Numbered from the stretch's first letter, positions 49,633-60,136 are shown. The stretch: DNA of 64,000 nt from Bacteroidota bacterium (GCA_013289095.1 JABDAO010000001.1:31223-95222), one strand, 5' to 3'. The notes: generated by a model from the letters alone, not told the origin. Translations and numbers: made by a program.

Positions 49633-50592
49633 TTACTCTGGCTTGATGAAACGCTCTTTGTTTTCGAAAACGATGATCACCAGCAGCGCAAAGGCAAACG
49701 AAGAAAAAGCAGAAATACAAATGACAAACCAACGGATTGGCGACGATTTACGGTCGGCCGGTATCGGAGTCGTTACCACATTTGCATAGGTAAGCACCTT
49801 ACGGCTGTCGCTCAATGCCTTGTCGTACTGGGCGCGTATCTCCGAATAGGTCTCGAACGATTTCTGGTGGATCTGTTTGAGCGATACCGACTCCGCACCC
49901 TTATCTTCCAGGTTTTTCATGATGGTATCGAGTGTCCTGAGCTTATCTGCCGACACATTGCCGGAGGTGATGAGCTTATAATATCTTTTCAGGGCCTCCT
50001 TGCTCTGGATGTAATAATCGAGCAGTCCGTATTTTTCGCGAAGCACACGAAGCGCGGTTTCCAATGAATCGATCTGTGCATGTTTGAAATCAAGCTCGTC
50101 TTTCAGAAGTTTTACAACTTCGGTTGTTTTGGAACGTTGCAGGGCCCTGGCTTTGAGATTCATCAGTTCCATGATGGCATTGACGATCAGACAGGCCTGA
50201 TTGGGATCGGTATCATAGACATCTATCTTCACTGATTCGAATTCAGTCCTGCGGATATCCACATTTTCATTGTACTGATCAAATAAAACCGACTGGGCTC
50301 CTTTTTTGGCGAGGTTGATATTGTAATGATCAGCCAGGTTGAACCGTTCGCAAATGGCAGTACGGATATCGGCCGACTGCAGCAGCTGCAACATTTGTTC
50401 TGTAGCCGTTTCGTTTCCGTAGGGTGTCAGATTGGCCGGGTATAGCACAGCGCTCGACTTGTACTTGGGTTTCACAATCCACTCGGCCGAAAAGATTGTG
50501 CCAAGCAAGATGGCTGCGCCAACCACGACTGTCAGATGCCACTTCCATCTGAACAGTACCTTTAGGAATGAGATATTGTTAAATGCGTTCAC
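49633..50592 (-). CDS. Wzz-like polysaccharide chain-length determinant (paralog 1)
   Basis: An N- and a C-terminal TM helix flanking a coiled-coil periplasmic domain, at 319 aa. Confidence 0.6.
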   Translation of the reverse strand: MNAFNNISFLKVLFRWKWHLTVVVGAAILLGTIFSAEWIVKPKYKSSAVLYPANLTPYGNETATEQMLQLLQSADIRTAICERFNLADHYNINLAKKGAQSVLFDQYNENVDIRRTEFESVKIDVYDTDPNQACLIVNAIMELMNLKARALQRSKTTEVVKLLKDELDFKHAQIDSLETALRVLREKYGLLDYYIQSKEALKRYYKLITSGNVSADKLRTLDTIMKNLEDKGAESVSLKQIHQKSFETYSEIRAQYDKALSDSRKVLTYANVVTTPIPADRKSSPIRWFVICISAFSSFAFALLVIIVFENKERFIKPE

Positions 50593-51614
50593 TTTTTTTC
50601 TGATTTACGGAACCGGTTTAAACTATCCAGGATAATTATGCAAATAATTGCAATCAGGATGGCAGAAGAGGTTGAACCTGCCACGATAACCCACCGCACA
50701 GGATAGGATTTTCGTTCGGCCGGAAAGGCATTGTTTACGATAAATTTATGGGGGATTTCTTCTTCGGCATCGACCTTGGCTTCTTCGAATTTGATCTTGA
50801 GCATGTTCAACTGCTTGGTCTGCAGGGTGAGGTTATCGCGTACCGATAAATAGGCGCTTCCGTACCGGGAGATGATCTTGAGTTTTTCTTCCAGGCTCTT
50901 GATGGCGCGTTCATCACCCTTGGAGATGGCAATGACATATTGCTGGCTGGTAACCTCCGACTGCGATTCGTAGTCATACATCCCCTTTTCGTTCAGTTTG
51001 TTCATCGAATCGGCAATCACCTTTACGTCGCGCACCTTTTTCTCATACTCATTTCCAACAATGTGAAAAGCCTTGATCGCCCGTTCACGCTGCATATGTG
51101 TTACGGCAGTATCGAGCAGACCGGCAATACAATTGGCAATATGTGCAGCAGTGTCGGGGTTGATATCAAGCACCTCTATCTTGACCGACATAAATTCGGT
51201 ACGCTTAAAGGTGATGTTGTTTTCAAAGTCGTCGTATAAACGCGTGCGTTTGAATTGATCGGTGGTGTCTATTTTGTAATGTTTCAGGAGATTGAATTTG
51301 TGACAGATCTTGTCGCGTATCTCATCCGAGTTTAGGATCTGGAGCATCTGCTCGGCCTCTTCTTCCTGTCCAAACTGAAGTACATCGGCCTTGGCGCTGG
51401 GGTTTTCGGTCAGCAGGGCTTTAGAAAGCGAACTGGTTGTTGCCGGGAACATCACCACGGTTGATTTGTACCGGGAGGGTATCATGATCGAAACCAGGGA
51501 AGACACCACCAGCGCAATGAGGCCAATAGTCAACAGCGGTTTACGCCATCTGTAAAAGAAAAAAATAAGGTTCGTTGAATCGAAATCCGTCAACTTACCG
51601 GCATCATTCATCAT
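50589..51614 (-). CDS. Wzz-like polysaccharide chain-length determinant (paralog 2)
   Basis: Same architecture as the neighbouring paralog, with recognisable similarity in the N-terminal segment (SAVLYPAN vs TVVMFPAT). It overlaps the downstream paralog by 4 bp. Confidence 0.6.
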   Translation of the reverse strand: MMNDAGKLTDFDSTNLIFFFYRWRKPLLTIGLIALVVSSLVSIMIPSRYKSTVVMFPATTSSLSKALLTENPSAKADVLQFGQEEEAEQMLQILNSDEIRDKICHKFNLLKHYKIDTTDQFKRTRLYDDFENNITFKRTEFMSVKIEVLDINPDTAAHIANCIAGLLDTAVTHMQRERAIKAFHIVGNEYEKKVRDVKVIADSMNKLNEKGMYDYESQSEVTSQQYVIAISKGDERAIKSLEEKLKIISRYGSAYLSVRDNLTLQTKQLNMLKIKFEEAKVDAEEEIPHKFIVNNAFPAERKSYPVRWVIVAGSTSSAILIAIICIIILDSLNRFRKSEKK

Positions 51615-51800
51615 GGTACGAGTGTATTTGTCTTCATTACTAGGGAAGGCAAAAATAGGAAAATTTACGTAAACAGCTGAAAACAGGAAAAACGCAGTAA
51701 ACTAACTGGATATCAAAGGAGTATGATGGTCATTCCGAAAATGGATGTAGGATTGAACAATACAGAATTTTTTACCCTACAAGACAACTTAGCCTTGCCC

Positions 51801-53363
51801 TTATCCGTACTTGATCATCCTGAAGATCGACTTGATGCTGATTTGTTTGATCAGGAAAGCCCAGAGTACAGATGCCCCGGCCATGATCAGGAAATTGATC
51901 ACCCATCGGTGGTGATCGCTATGAAACCCAAACATCTTGCTCAGGATATTGATCCCTATGATGCCAACGATAAAAACTCCCAGGGTAATGATCAGCCGGT
52001 AGTTGACCCGGAACCGGAACACATGCTGTACGATCAGCACCTGGCTCACCGCCATGATCACCTGTGTTGCAAGGCTTACAAAGGCCGAACCGACCGCATG
52101 CAGATAGGGGATCAGTATTAGATTCAGCGACATATTGATAATCATACAAATTGCTGCCAGGATATTGAGCTGTTTCATATTGCCGTTTGCCGTGAGCAGG
52201 GTGCCAAAGATGTAATTGGTGGAGATGGCCACAAAACAACACATCAACGGGGCAAAGACTATGGCCGCCTGCTCGATATGGTCTTTGTACAAAAGACCCA
52301 TGATCTCGTTGCTGTAAAAAACACACCCGATGGCAATGATCAGCGCCGGTGTGATAATAAGGGTAAACGACAGCTTGACCAGGGCCTCCACCGATTCTTT
52401 GTATTTGAGCATCCTCGAAAAGGTAGGCAGCAGGATGACCGAGAAAAGATAGGCAATCATGTTCGTTGCATCCAGCAACCTGAAAGCCTTGGCATAGATA
52501 CCTGCCTGATCGGCCCCGTTTTGCATGGCCTGTACATCCAACCGGTCGATCATTGCATGAAAGGGTTCGGTATGATAGCCTGGCAAGGTCTTGAGGTGTG
52601 TCACCTTTTCGGCGAGCGCTGCATCATACCGAGGAAGAATCCGTTCTACCATCACTGCATCGATGCGGTTATAAAATGTCATCAACAGCACAAGAATAGC
52701 AAACGGAAAACTTTTCTTGAGGATCATGAGCGCGAACGGATAGCTCCAGGCCAGTTTCAGCGTTTCGGTCTTGCGGGCCACAATCATAAAGGCTACCAGT
52801 GCCGTGATAAAATAAGCCCCGGTCTGGATGTAGGCAAACAGCATGATGTCCATCTGTATTTTAAACACATGGCCCCAGAGTATCAGGGCACAAATGGTGA
52901 TCATGATCAGCCGGTCGAGCACCGAAACAATACTGTCGGTCTTGAACAAGTGCAGACCCTGCAGGTTCGAACGCAGGTAGAGCACCATCGAGATAAGAAA
53001 CTGATTGAAGCCCAACAGGAGCAAGAGCTTGGTCAAGCGTGTATCATAGCCTATGGCCAGACCCACGACCACCGAACCCAGGATATAAATAAGCGCAAGG
53101 ATCAGCTTCAGCACAAACAGACTCGAAAAATGTTTTGTGAGCAGGTGGTTGTTCTGGGCTATGTTTTTGTTGTTGAAATTGGTGATCCCAAAATCAAGGA
53201 TAATATTGAGGAGGAAGGAGAAGTTGAACAGGGCAAAAAATTCACCAAAGTTCTGATTTCCTACCTGCTCCTGAACAGCAGGCTCGATGCCAAGCATCCA
53301 GAATGGCTTGACCAGAAGGTTAAAAAAAAGGAGAATGGCTAAATTGGTAAGAAACTTCTTTTG
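51801..53363 (-). CDS. Wzx-like oligosaccharide flippase (polysaccharide biosynthesis protein, MOP superfamily)
   Basis: About 14 TM helices at ~520 aa. The probable start is MQKKFLTNLAILLFF at 53363. Confidence 0.72.
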   Translation of the reverse strand, partial: QKKFLTNLAILLFFNLLVKPFWMLGIEPAVQEQVGNQNFGEFFALFNFSFLLNIILDFGITNFNNKNIAQNNHLLTKHFSSLFVLKLILALIYILGSVVVGLAIGYDTRLTKLLLLLGFNQFLISMVLYLRSNLQGLHLFKTDSIVSVLDRLIMITICALILWGHVFKIQMDIMLFAYIQTGAYFITALVAFMIVARKTETLKLAWSYPFALMILKKSFPFAILVLLMTFYNRIDAVMVERILPRYDAALAEKVTHLKTLPGYHTEPFHAMIDRLDVQAMQNGADQAGIYAKAFRLLDATNMIAYLFSVILLPTFSRMLKYKESVEALVKLSFTLIITPALIIAIGCVFYSNEIMGLLYKDHIEQAAIVFAPLMCCFVAISTNYIFGTLLTANGNMKQLNILAAICMIINMSLNLILIPYLHAVGSAFVSLATQVIMAVSQVLIVQHVFRFRVNYRLIITLGVFIVGIIGINILSKMFGFHSDHHRWVINFLIMAGASVLWAFLIKQISIKSIFRMIKYG

Positions 53364-53515
53364 CATGATCCGATCTGAAGAGCACAAACTTACGCTTTTT
53401 CTGACGAACCGGTTGATGCCGGTCGGGCGGGGCTTATGCTGAACAAGCTATTCACTTAGTGAGCTCCAGGAGAAAACTCTGAATGCCTGCTATGCAGTAT
53501 TGTTGCCTATAGCCA

Positions 53516-54415
53516 CTACCCCTGTTTACCTAAGCGATGAATGCCTGTATTTCCCTGCACCCCTCCGGTATGGATTGCCAACAGACGGGCTCCTTTCTGA
53601 AAATGATCTTTACGTACAAGGTCAAGAATGCCGTACATCATCTTTCCGGTATATATGTAATCCAATTGAACCTGATAAAGAACAGAAAACTCGTCCACCA
53701 TCCGAATGAGTTCGGGGGGTGTTTTTGCATAGCCCCCAAAATGATAATCGCCGCTGATGCGGGTTTCTGTTGCAACGGCATCGCCCGCAAAGCAACGAAG
53801 CGCATCTTCAAAAAAGGAAATGTCTTTCAACGCCGGGAATCCCATGGTCTTGCCTCTTCCCTTTTCAGACAAAGCAATGCCGGCCAGGGTTGCGCCAGTT
53901 CCGCACGAACAACAAACCACATCGGGGTTATAGTTCAGACCATCCAGTATTTCGCTGCAGCCTTTTACCGCCAATTGGTTTGAGCCGCCTTCGGGCAGGA
54001 AATAGGCATCATTCCCAAACTCTTTTTCGGCCCAGGCCATCAGCTTCGGTTTATCGCGATAGGTAATCCGGTCTATATACTGAAGCTCCATCCCTTGTTT
54101 AAAGGCCAGTTCGAGTGTAGGATTGCGAGGAAAATGTTCCTCTCCGCGTATCACTCCCACCGTTGGGATACCATGCTGTTCACCAGATGCTGCCAGGGCG
54201 GCAAGATGATTTGAAAAGGCTCCGCCAAAGCTTACCAGAAATTTTTTTCCTGAACTCCGGAACGCTTCGATATTGTATTTGAGTTTGTACCATTTATTTC
54301 CGTTTACCGGACCCTGGATCTGATCGAGGCGGAGCAATTGTAATTCTATCCCCTTTTGTTCCAGCAGCAGGCTGCGGATAATTGTGGTTTGGACAAAAGG
54401 GTTTACTTCCTGCAT
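53516..54415 (-). CDS. PLP-dependent 1-aminocyclopropane-1-carboxylate deaminase / D-cysteine desulfhydrase family protein
   Basis: FGGAFSNHLAALA lysine-region pattern and GGSN...CSCGTGATLAGIA, at 299 aa. Confidence 0.78.
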   Translation of the reverse strand: MQEVNPFVQTTIIRSLLLEQKGIELQLLRLDQIQGPVNGNKWYKLKYNIEAFRSSGKKFLVSFGGAFSNHLAALAASGEQHGIPTVGVIRGEEHFPRNPTLELAFKQGMELQYIDRITYRDKPKLMAWAEKEFGNDAYFLPEGGSNQLAVKGCSEILDGLNYNPDVVCCSCGTGATLAGIALSEKGRGKTMGFPALKDISFFEDALRCFAGDAVATETRISGDYHFGGYAKTPPELIRMVDEFSVLYQVQLDYIYTGKMMYGILDLVRKDHFQKGARLLAIHTGGVQGNTGIHRLGKQG

Positions 54416-54486
54416 TTGTTAACTTTACCGGGCAAAGATAGGCTGAAGCGCTGATCATCCTAAATACTGTTTTCATTTTATCAATC

Positions 54487-54663
54487 ATGTCAGAATACGA
54501 AAACCCAAAAAAACTCGATCCGGAGGATTTTTATCATACACCCGAAGGCTATATTGTCTTTACGGCCAGATATCTGCTAAAAAGGGGCTATTGCTGCCAG
54601 AACGGGTGTAAACATTGCCCATATGGTTTTAATAAGAAAACCGGTACTTTTGATTTAAAGTAA
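54487..54663 (+). CDS. Small Cys-rich protein (58 aa) upstream of hutU; not in the six-frame track because it is under 60 aa
   Basis: MSEYENPKKLDPEDFYHTPEGYIVFTARYLLKRGYCCQNGCKHCPYGFNKKTGTFDLK. It has CC..GC.HC spacing, and the same small-protein pattern is found widely in Bacteroidota (DUF5522-like). Confidence 0.5.
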   Translation: MSEYENPKKLDPEDFYHTPEGYIVFTARYLLKRGYCCQNGCKHCPYGFNKKTGTFDLK

Positions 54664-54738
54664 AACTATTTTTGCCCAAACCGCGACAGGGGTGTTGACG
54701 CCAAACGTCGCTCCAACTGTTCAAAATCTTCCATTTCG

Positions 54739-56748
54739 ATGACTACCTCTGAATTCAAAAAACTTATAAGACAAGGCATCCCAGCTGTCCTCCCCAGGAT
54801 AAAACCACGGGATCTCACCCTGAACCATGCACCCAAACGCAAAGACATACTATCCGGTGATGAGAAAAAACTGGCCATACTAAATGCCCTGCGGTATTTC
54901 GAGAAGAAACACCATGCACTTCTCAGCAGAGAATTTGCTGAAGAACTGAAAACCTACGGACGCATTTACATGTACCGGTTCCGGCCCGATTACCAGATCT
55001 ACGCCCGCCCCATCACACAGTATCCTTCCCGTTGCAAACAGGCTGCGGCTATCATGCACATGTTGAGCAACAACCTCGATTATGCAGTGGCGCAACATCC
55101 ACATGAACTGATCACCTATGGAGGCAATGGAGCTGTTTTTCAAAACTGGGCACAGTATCTGCTCACCATGAAGTACCTGAGCGAAATGAGCGATGAGCAG
55201 ACCCTTGTTCTCTATTCAGGGCATCCCCTGGGGCTCTTCCCCTCAAACAAAGACGCCCCGCGTGCCGTCATCACAAACGGCATGATGATACCCAACTACA
55301 GTAAACCCGACGACCTGGAGCGATACAATGCCCTGGGTGTTACACAATATGGGCAGATGACTGCCGGTTCGTTTATGTATATTGGTCCTCAGGGCATCGT
55401 ACATGGCACAACACTCACTATACTCAATGCCGGAAGAAAATTTTCGAGATCGGCTGGGGCCGGTTTACCAGGACAGGTTTTTGTTTCAGCCGGTTTGGGC
55501 GGAATGAGCGGCGCACAACCCAAGGCAGCAAAAATAACCGGCGCCATCGGAGTAATTGCGGAAATCAACCCCAAGGCTATTCATACCCGGCACAGCCAGG
55601 GTTGGGTAGACGAAGTTTATACCGACCTCGACAAACTCATTGCCCGGGTCGAAAAAGCCCGTAAAGCCAAAGAAGCCCTTTCTATTGCTTATCAGGGAAA
55701 CATCGTAGACCTCTGGGAAAAACTTGCTCAACAAAATATCAAGATAGAGTTGGGCACCGATCAGACTTCGTTACACAACCCCTGGGCAGGCGGGTATTAT
55801 CCTGCCGGTTTTACCTACGAAGAATCAAACCGCATGATGGCGGCAGAACCAGAACGCTTCCGGAAGGAGGTGCAGAAATCACTCATCCGGCAAGTAAAAG
55901 CCATCAATACGCTTACAGCTCAGGGTATGTATTTCTTTGATTACGGAAATGCCTTCCTGCTCGAAGCCGGGCGGGCCGGGGCTGATGTAATGGGTAAAAA
56001 CGGAAAATTCAGATATGCCTCTTATGTACAGGATATCCTGGGCCCCCTGTGTTTCGACTATGGATTCGGGCCCTTTCGTTGGGTATGCACCTCTGCTGAC
56101 CCGAAAGACCTGGAAACAACCGATACCCTGGCCTTGCAGGTTTTCGAGAAGATGTATAAAACGGCGCCTAAAGAAATCAAACAACAACTCGCCGACAACA
56201 TCCTCTGGATACGCGAAGCAAATAAAAACAAACTCGTTGTAGGTTCACAGGCACGCATACTCTATGCTGACGCCGAGGGCAGGATAAAGATTGCCCAGGC
56301 CTTCAACAAAGCCATACGCAGCAAAAAACTTTCGGCCCCGGTTGTGCTTGGCCGTGATCACCACGATGTCTCGGGCACCGATTCGCCCTACCGCGAGACA
56401 TCAAACATCTATGACGGTTCCCAGTTTACAGCCGATATGGCCGTTCAGAATTTTGCCGGCGATGCCTTCCGTGGGGCCACCTGGGTATCACTTCACAATG
56501 GAGGCGGTGTTGGATGGGGCGAGGTTATCAACGGAGGTTTCGGGCTCGTACTCGATGGCAGTGCAGACGCCGAACGTCGTTTAAAATCCATGCTTTTCTG
56601 GGATGTAAACAACGGCATTGCCCGCCGCGGATGGGCACGCAATCCGGAAGCCCTCTTTGCCATCAAACGGGAGATGAAACGCAGCAAAAAGCTACAGGTG
56701 ACGCTACCAAACCTTGTGAATGAAAACCTGCTGAACGGGCTGTTTTGA
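54739..56748 (+). CDS. hutU: Urocanate hydratase
   Basis: 669 aa with the urocanase NAD-binding and catalytic-region pattern (GGMSGAQPKAA, YQGNIVDLWE). Confidence 0.92.
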   Translation: MTTSEFKKLIRQGIPAVLPRIKPRDLTLNHAPKRKDILSGDEKKLAILNALRYFEKKHHALLSREFAEELKTYGRIYMYRFRPDYQIYARPITQYPSRCKQAAAIMHMLSNNLDYAVAQHPHELITYGGNGAVFQNWAQYLLTMKYLSEMSDEQTLVLYSGHPLGLFPSNKDAPRAVITNGMMIPNYSKPDDLERYNALGVTQYGQMTAGSFMYIGPQGIVHGTTLTILNAGRKFSRSAGAGLPGQVFVSAGLGGMSGAQPKAAKITGAIGVIAEINPKAIHTRHSQGWVDEVYTDLDKLIARVEKARKAKEALSIAYQGNIVDLWEKLAQQNIKIELGTDQTSLHNPWAGGYYPAGFTYEESNRMMAAEPERFRKEVQKSLIRQVKAINTLTAQGMYFFDYGNAFLLEAGRAGADVMGKNGKFRYASYVQDILGPLCFDYGFGPFRWVCTSADPKDLETTDTLALQVFEKMYKTAPKEIKQQLADNILWIREANKNKLVVGSQARILYADAEGRIKIAQAFNKAIRSKKLSAPVVLGRDHHDVSGTDSPYRETSNIYDGSQFTADMAVQNFAGDAFRGATWVSLHNGGGVGWGEVINGGFGLVLDGSADAERRLKSMLFWDVNNGIARRGWARNPEALFAIKREMKRSKKLQVTLPNLVNENLLNGLF

Positions 56749-56951
56749 ACAATGATCCTCTCTGAAGCCCAGTCTGTTTGGTGACAATTGAAACCTTTAT
56801 GCAAAGCCCTCGTTATAGTTTCTGTGAAGTATAATTTTTATTAATAATTATTAAAATAGAATGCCAAAGCTTTCCGGCGAAAAAATTGAACCCGGTTTAG
56901 CTTTGATTGTTGTCTGACCACTTCTGTTATTCAAACAAAAAATAGCCTTCT

Positions 56952-58907
56952 ATGAGAAAAACGTACTTTCTGTCTCTGCTCCTTCTGCTTCTCGCCTCCC
57001 AACAAATACATGCTCAGCTCGTAATAAGCCTTGGAAGTTCAAGCAATGTACAATGTAACGGAGCAGCCACGGGGACTGCAACAATAACCGTAGTCGGCGC
57101 CCTGGGGCTTTGCTCCTATACCTGGGTGCCAGCCCCTGGTGGAGGACAAGGAACGGCAACGGCCACCGGTATGATAGCCGGTACTTATACCTGTAACGTT
57201 CGTGATTCGATTTTTGGGACCGGAAGCCAGGTCGTGACAATTACACAACCTCCTGCATTGACAGCCACGGCTGTAGTCTACAAAGTATCCTGCTTTGGAG
57301 CGGCAACAGGGTCGGTAACGCTTTCTGCGTCAGGCGGTGTTCCTGCCTACACCTATTCATGGACCCCTGCGCCCGGGAGCGGGGCAGGAACCTCTGCTAT
57401 TTCATCCCTTACTGCTGGGAATTATACTTGTTTAATCAAGGATTCTCATGGATGTACGCATAGCACACTAGCTACAGTAACACAAAACCCAAAGATCATA
57501 CTTACCCCGAGTGTTGTAAATGCCAGTTGTTATGCCACCTGCAATGGGTCTATTTCTACCACAGTTAGCGGGGGTGTACCTGGCTATACATACGGATGGA
57601 CACCCAATCAGGTTTATACCCCAGGCATTACTTCGCTTTGTGCTGGCACTTATACATGCCAGGTTTATGACAGCATAGGCTGCACCACCACTGCAACTGC
57701 TACCGTTGCACGTCCGGCTCCACTTGTCAACACACTGGCGGCCACCAACGCTTCCTGTGGTATGCCTTGCGGGGGCAACCTGACAAGCACGGCTACCGGC
57801 GGTGTAACTCCCTATGCTTACCACTGGATACCTGCCGGGACCCTGGCCGCTGTTGACACCGCTCTCTGTGCCGGTACTTATTCCTGCATCCTCGCTGATG
57901 CGCATGGGTGTAAGGATACAACCGCCGGAACTATCACCGCCCCGCCATCACCTGTCATTACTGGCTTGGTGAGCGATACTACCGGGCCCATTAATTCAGG
58001 CATGGCCTATCTGCTGCTGTATGATTCTGTTCCAAAACATCAACATGTGATAGATAGTGTGGCTATCATTTCCGGACGCTATACCTTTAATACAAGTGTT
58101 GGAGGAAAATTCCTGGTCTATGCGGTGGCCAACGCAGCCTCCTACCCCAATGTGGTGAAAACCTATAGCCCCAGGGATGATCAATGGAAACTTGCCACCA
58201 TTGTAAGCGCTCCCTGCGGCACGCTGGATACGGCAAATATCCACATGTTTAAATTGGTCCAGGCTACAGGCTTCGGCGCAACTTTTTCGGGGACGGTTAC
58301 CCAGGGCAGCGGGTATGTATTTAGGCTGATACCCGGGATACCCAGTGTGCAGAGTCCCGGAGACCCGGTACCCGGTCTGGATGTCAATCTCGAACAACAT
58401 CCCGGAGGCATCATTGCCACCACAACAACAGATGCTGTACAAGGTGCATATCAATTCAACAATGTACCTCCGGGCACGTATTCTGTTTATGTTGACATCC
58501 CAGGGCTGGGCATGGTATCTGAATATACCCGGTCGGTTGTTTCCACCGAAACCTTTACAAACCTCAACTACGTAGCTGATTCTGTAAAAATATATAAAGA
58601 CTCTACGCTGGCTGCAGGTATTCTCAACCAGGGAGCAACGCTTTCACCGAATCTGGCTCTTGCACCTAATCCCTTCAAGGACCTACTGTCAGTCAGCTAT
58701 ACACTCCAGACCGAGGGCGATGTGGTGTTTCAAATCAATAACTTGCTGGGCGAGCGGATTGCAGGAATTACCCGGACCCATCAGGATGCAGGCGCCTATA
58801 CGCTTCTCTTGAACACGGGTGAGTATAACCTGAGCCAGGGGGTCTATTTGTTCCAAATGACGAGCGGGTCAAATACCATCACCCGAAAAATCGTAAGCAT
58901 CAAGTAG
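56952..58907 (+). CDS. SprB-repeat surface protein with a T9SS type-A C-terminal sorting domain
   Basis: Signal peptide, six N-terminal SprB-type repeats (PAYTYSWTP, PGYTYGWTP, PYAYHWIP), a central beta-sandwich-like region, and a C-terminal ~80 aa matching the Por-secretion sorting-domain pattern (...LYPNPFKD..., terminal ...KIVSIK). Confidence 0.8.
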   Translation: MRKTYFLSLLLLLLASQQIHAQLVISLGSSSNVQCNGAATGTATITVVGALGLCSYTWVPAPGGGQGTATATGMIAGTYTCNVRDSIFGTGSQVVTITQPPALTATAVVYKVSCFGAATGSVTLSASGGVPAYTYSWTPAPGSGAGTSAISSLTAGNYTCLIKDSHGCTHSTLATVTQNPKIILTPSVVNASCYATCNGSISTTVSGGVPGYTYGWTPNQVYTPGITSLCAGTYTCQVYDSIGCTTTATATVARPAPLVNTLAATNASCGMPCGGNLTSTATGGVTPYAYHWIPAGTLAAVDTALCAGTYSCILADAHGCKDTTAGTITAPPSPVITGLVSDTTGPINSGMAYLLLYDSVPKHQHVIDSVAIISGRYTFNTSVGGKFLVYAVANAASYPNVVKTYSPRDDQWKLATIVSAPCGTLDTANIHMFKLVQATGFGATFSGTVTQGSGYVFRLIPGIPSVQSPGDPVPGLDVNLEQHPGGIIATTTTDAVQGAYQFNNVPPGTYSVYVDIPGLGMVSEYTRSVVSTETFTNLNYVADSVKIYKDSTLAAGILNQGATLSPNLALAPNPFKDLLSVSYTLQTEGDVVFQINNLLGERIAGITRTHQDAGAYTLLLNTGEYNLSQGVYLFQMTSGSNTITRKIVSIK

Positions 58908-58975
58908 AACCGTTGTCAGACGGTTTGAGGGGAATCAATCAGACGAGTGTTACGCGGTGCAGACCCGGTTCGCCT

Positions 58976-59653
58976 TTACCGCTCAAAGCGGTAGCCTATG
59001 CCTTTTACGGTAGTAATACAATCTTCCCCGATCTTTTCACGGAGTTTGCGTATATGGACATCGATGGTGCGGTTGCTCAAACCCATCTCTCCTCCCCAGA
59101 CCTCGTTATAGATTTCTTTCCGTGTAAATACTTTGCGTGGAGAGAAAAACAAGAGCGACATGAGTTCAAACTCCTTCCGGGGCAATAACAGCTCCTGGGT
59201 TCCCTTTTTTACCACATAACGCTCCCGGTCTATAGCAATGCCATTCAATGGGCGGCTTGTTTCAGTACGGACCTTGAACCTGCGCAGAAGCGCTTTGACA
59301 CGCGAATAGAAAATCTGATTACGACAGGGCTTTAAGATATAATCATCGGCCCCGGCATTGAAACCCGCTATTTGCGAATAATCTTCATTGCGGGTAGTAA
59401 AAAACGCAATGAGGGTGTCCTTGAGTTGTTCAGAACCCCGGTATTCGGAGCAGATCTCTATTCCGTCCATCTCGGGGTTCAGGATATCCATGATAACCAG
59501 GTTGGGAGCTATCTGAAGAGAATGATCAAGCCCTGTCCGTGGTGAGCTGAAAAAGTGAAGTTCTGCATGAAGCGCCTGTAGACTTTGACGGATAAATTCG
59601 TGAACACGAACATCGCTGTCGATCACGACTATCTTTGTTTTTCCGGCTGCCAT
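58976..59653 (-). CDS. OmpR-family response regulator (orphan)
   Basis: A receiver domain (VIDSD...DILNPEMDG...ADDYILKP) plus a winged-helix trans_reg_C. The start is MAAGKTKIVVID at 59653. No histidine kinase is adjacent. Confidence 0.8.
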   Translation of the reverse strand: MAAGKTKIVVIDSDVRVHEFIRQSLQALHAELHFFSSPRTGLDHSLQIAPNLVIMDILNPEMDGIEICSEYRGSEQLKDTLIAFFTTRNEDYSQIAGFNAGADDYILKPCRNQIFYSRVKALLRRFKVRTETSRPLNGIAIDRERYVVKKGTQELLLPRKEFELMSLLFFSPRKVFTRKEIYNEVWGGEMGLSNRTIDVHIRKLREKIGEDCITTVKGIGYRFER

Positions 59654-59770
59654 AGTATCCTGCTTTATTTTTGAGCAAAATAACACTAAACATGTTGCCG
59701 GGATGTTAAATCGGATTTAACGAAAGATTAATAAACCCATACTGCATCAACATCGTCACCCAGATCTATG

Positions 59771-60136
59771 CTATCCTCCTGTTTGAAAAATGGTGTATAT
59801 CTTGAAAAAGAGAAGAGAAACGATAATTCCAAGCCCGATCAGGGAACAGATAAGGATGGTCTGCTGTTTTCGCTTCGACCTGCTTTTCCGTTCTTCCAGA
59901 ATGGTATAGCCTCCGCTGCGGATAAAACGCACTCCATTTCTTGTAATACTCAGATACAGTCCTTTTTCGGAGGCTGTCTCTTGTAGCTGCGCATAACCAT
60001 CCGCTATCAACTTGTCAGAGTAATCCCTGAATTCAATAATTGACAGATAATTGTTGAGCGCCTGGTGGGCAATGGGATTCTCGGCCCCTTTCTCATTCAT
60101 TAGCGACAATAGGGTATCTAGTTTGGCAACATTCAT
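59771..60136 (-). CDS. Hypothetical protein with a C-terminal TM anchor
   Basis: 121 aa with a hydrophobic C-terminus (ILICSLIGLGIIVSLLFF). Confidence 0.35.
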   Translation of the reverse strand: MNVAKLDTLLSLMNEKGAENPIAHQALNNYLSIIEFRDYSDKLIADGYAQLQETASEKGLYLSITRNGVRFIRSGGYTILEERKSRSKRKQQTILICSLIGLGIIVSLLFFKIYTIFQTGG

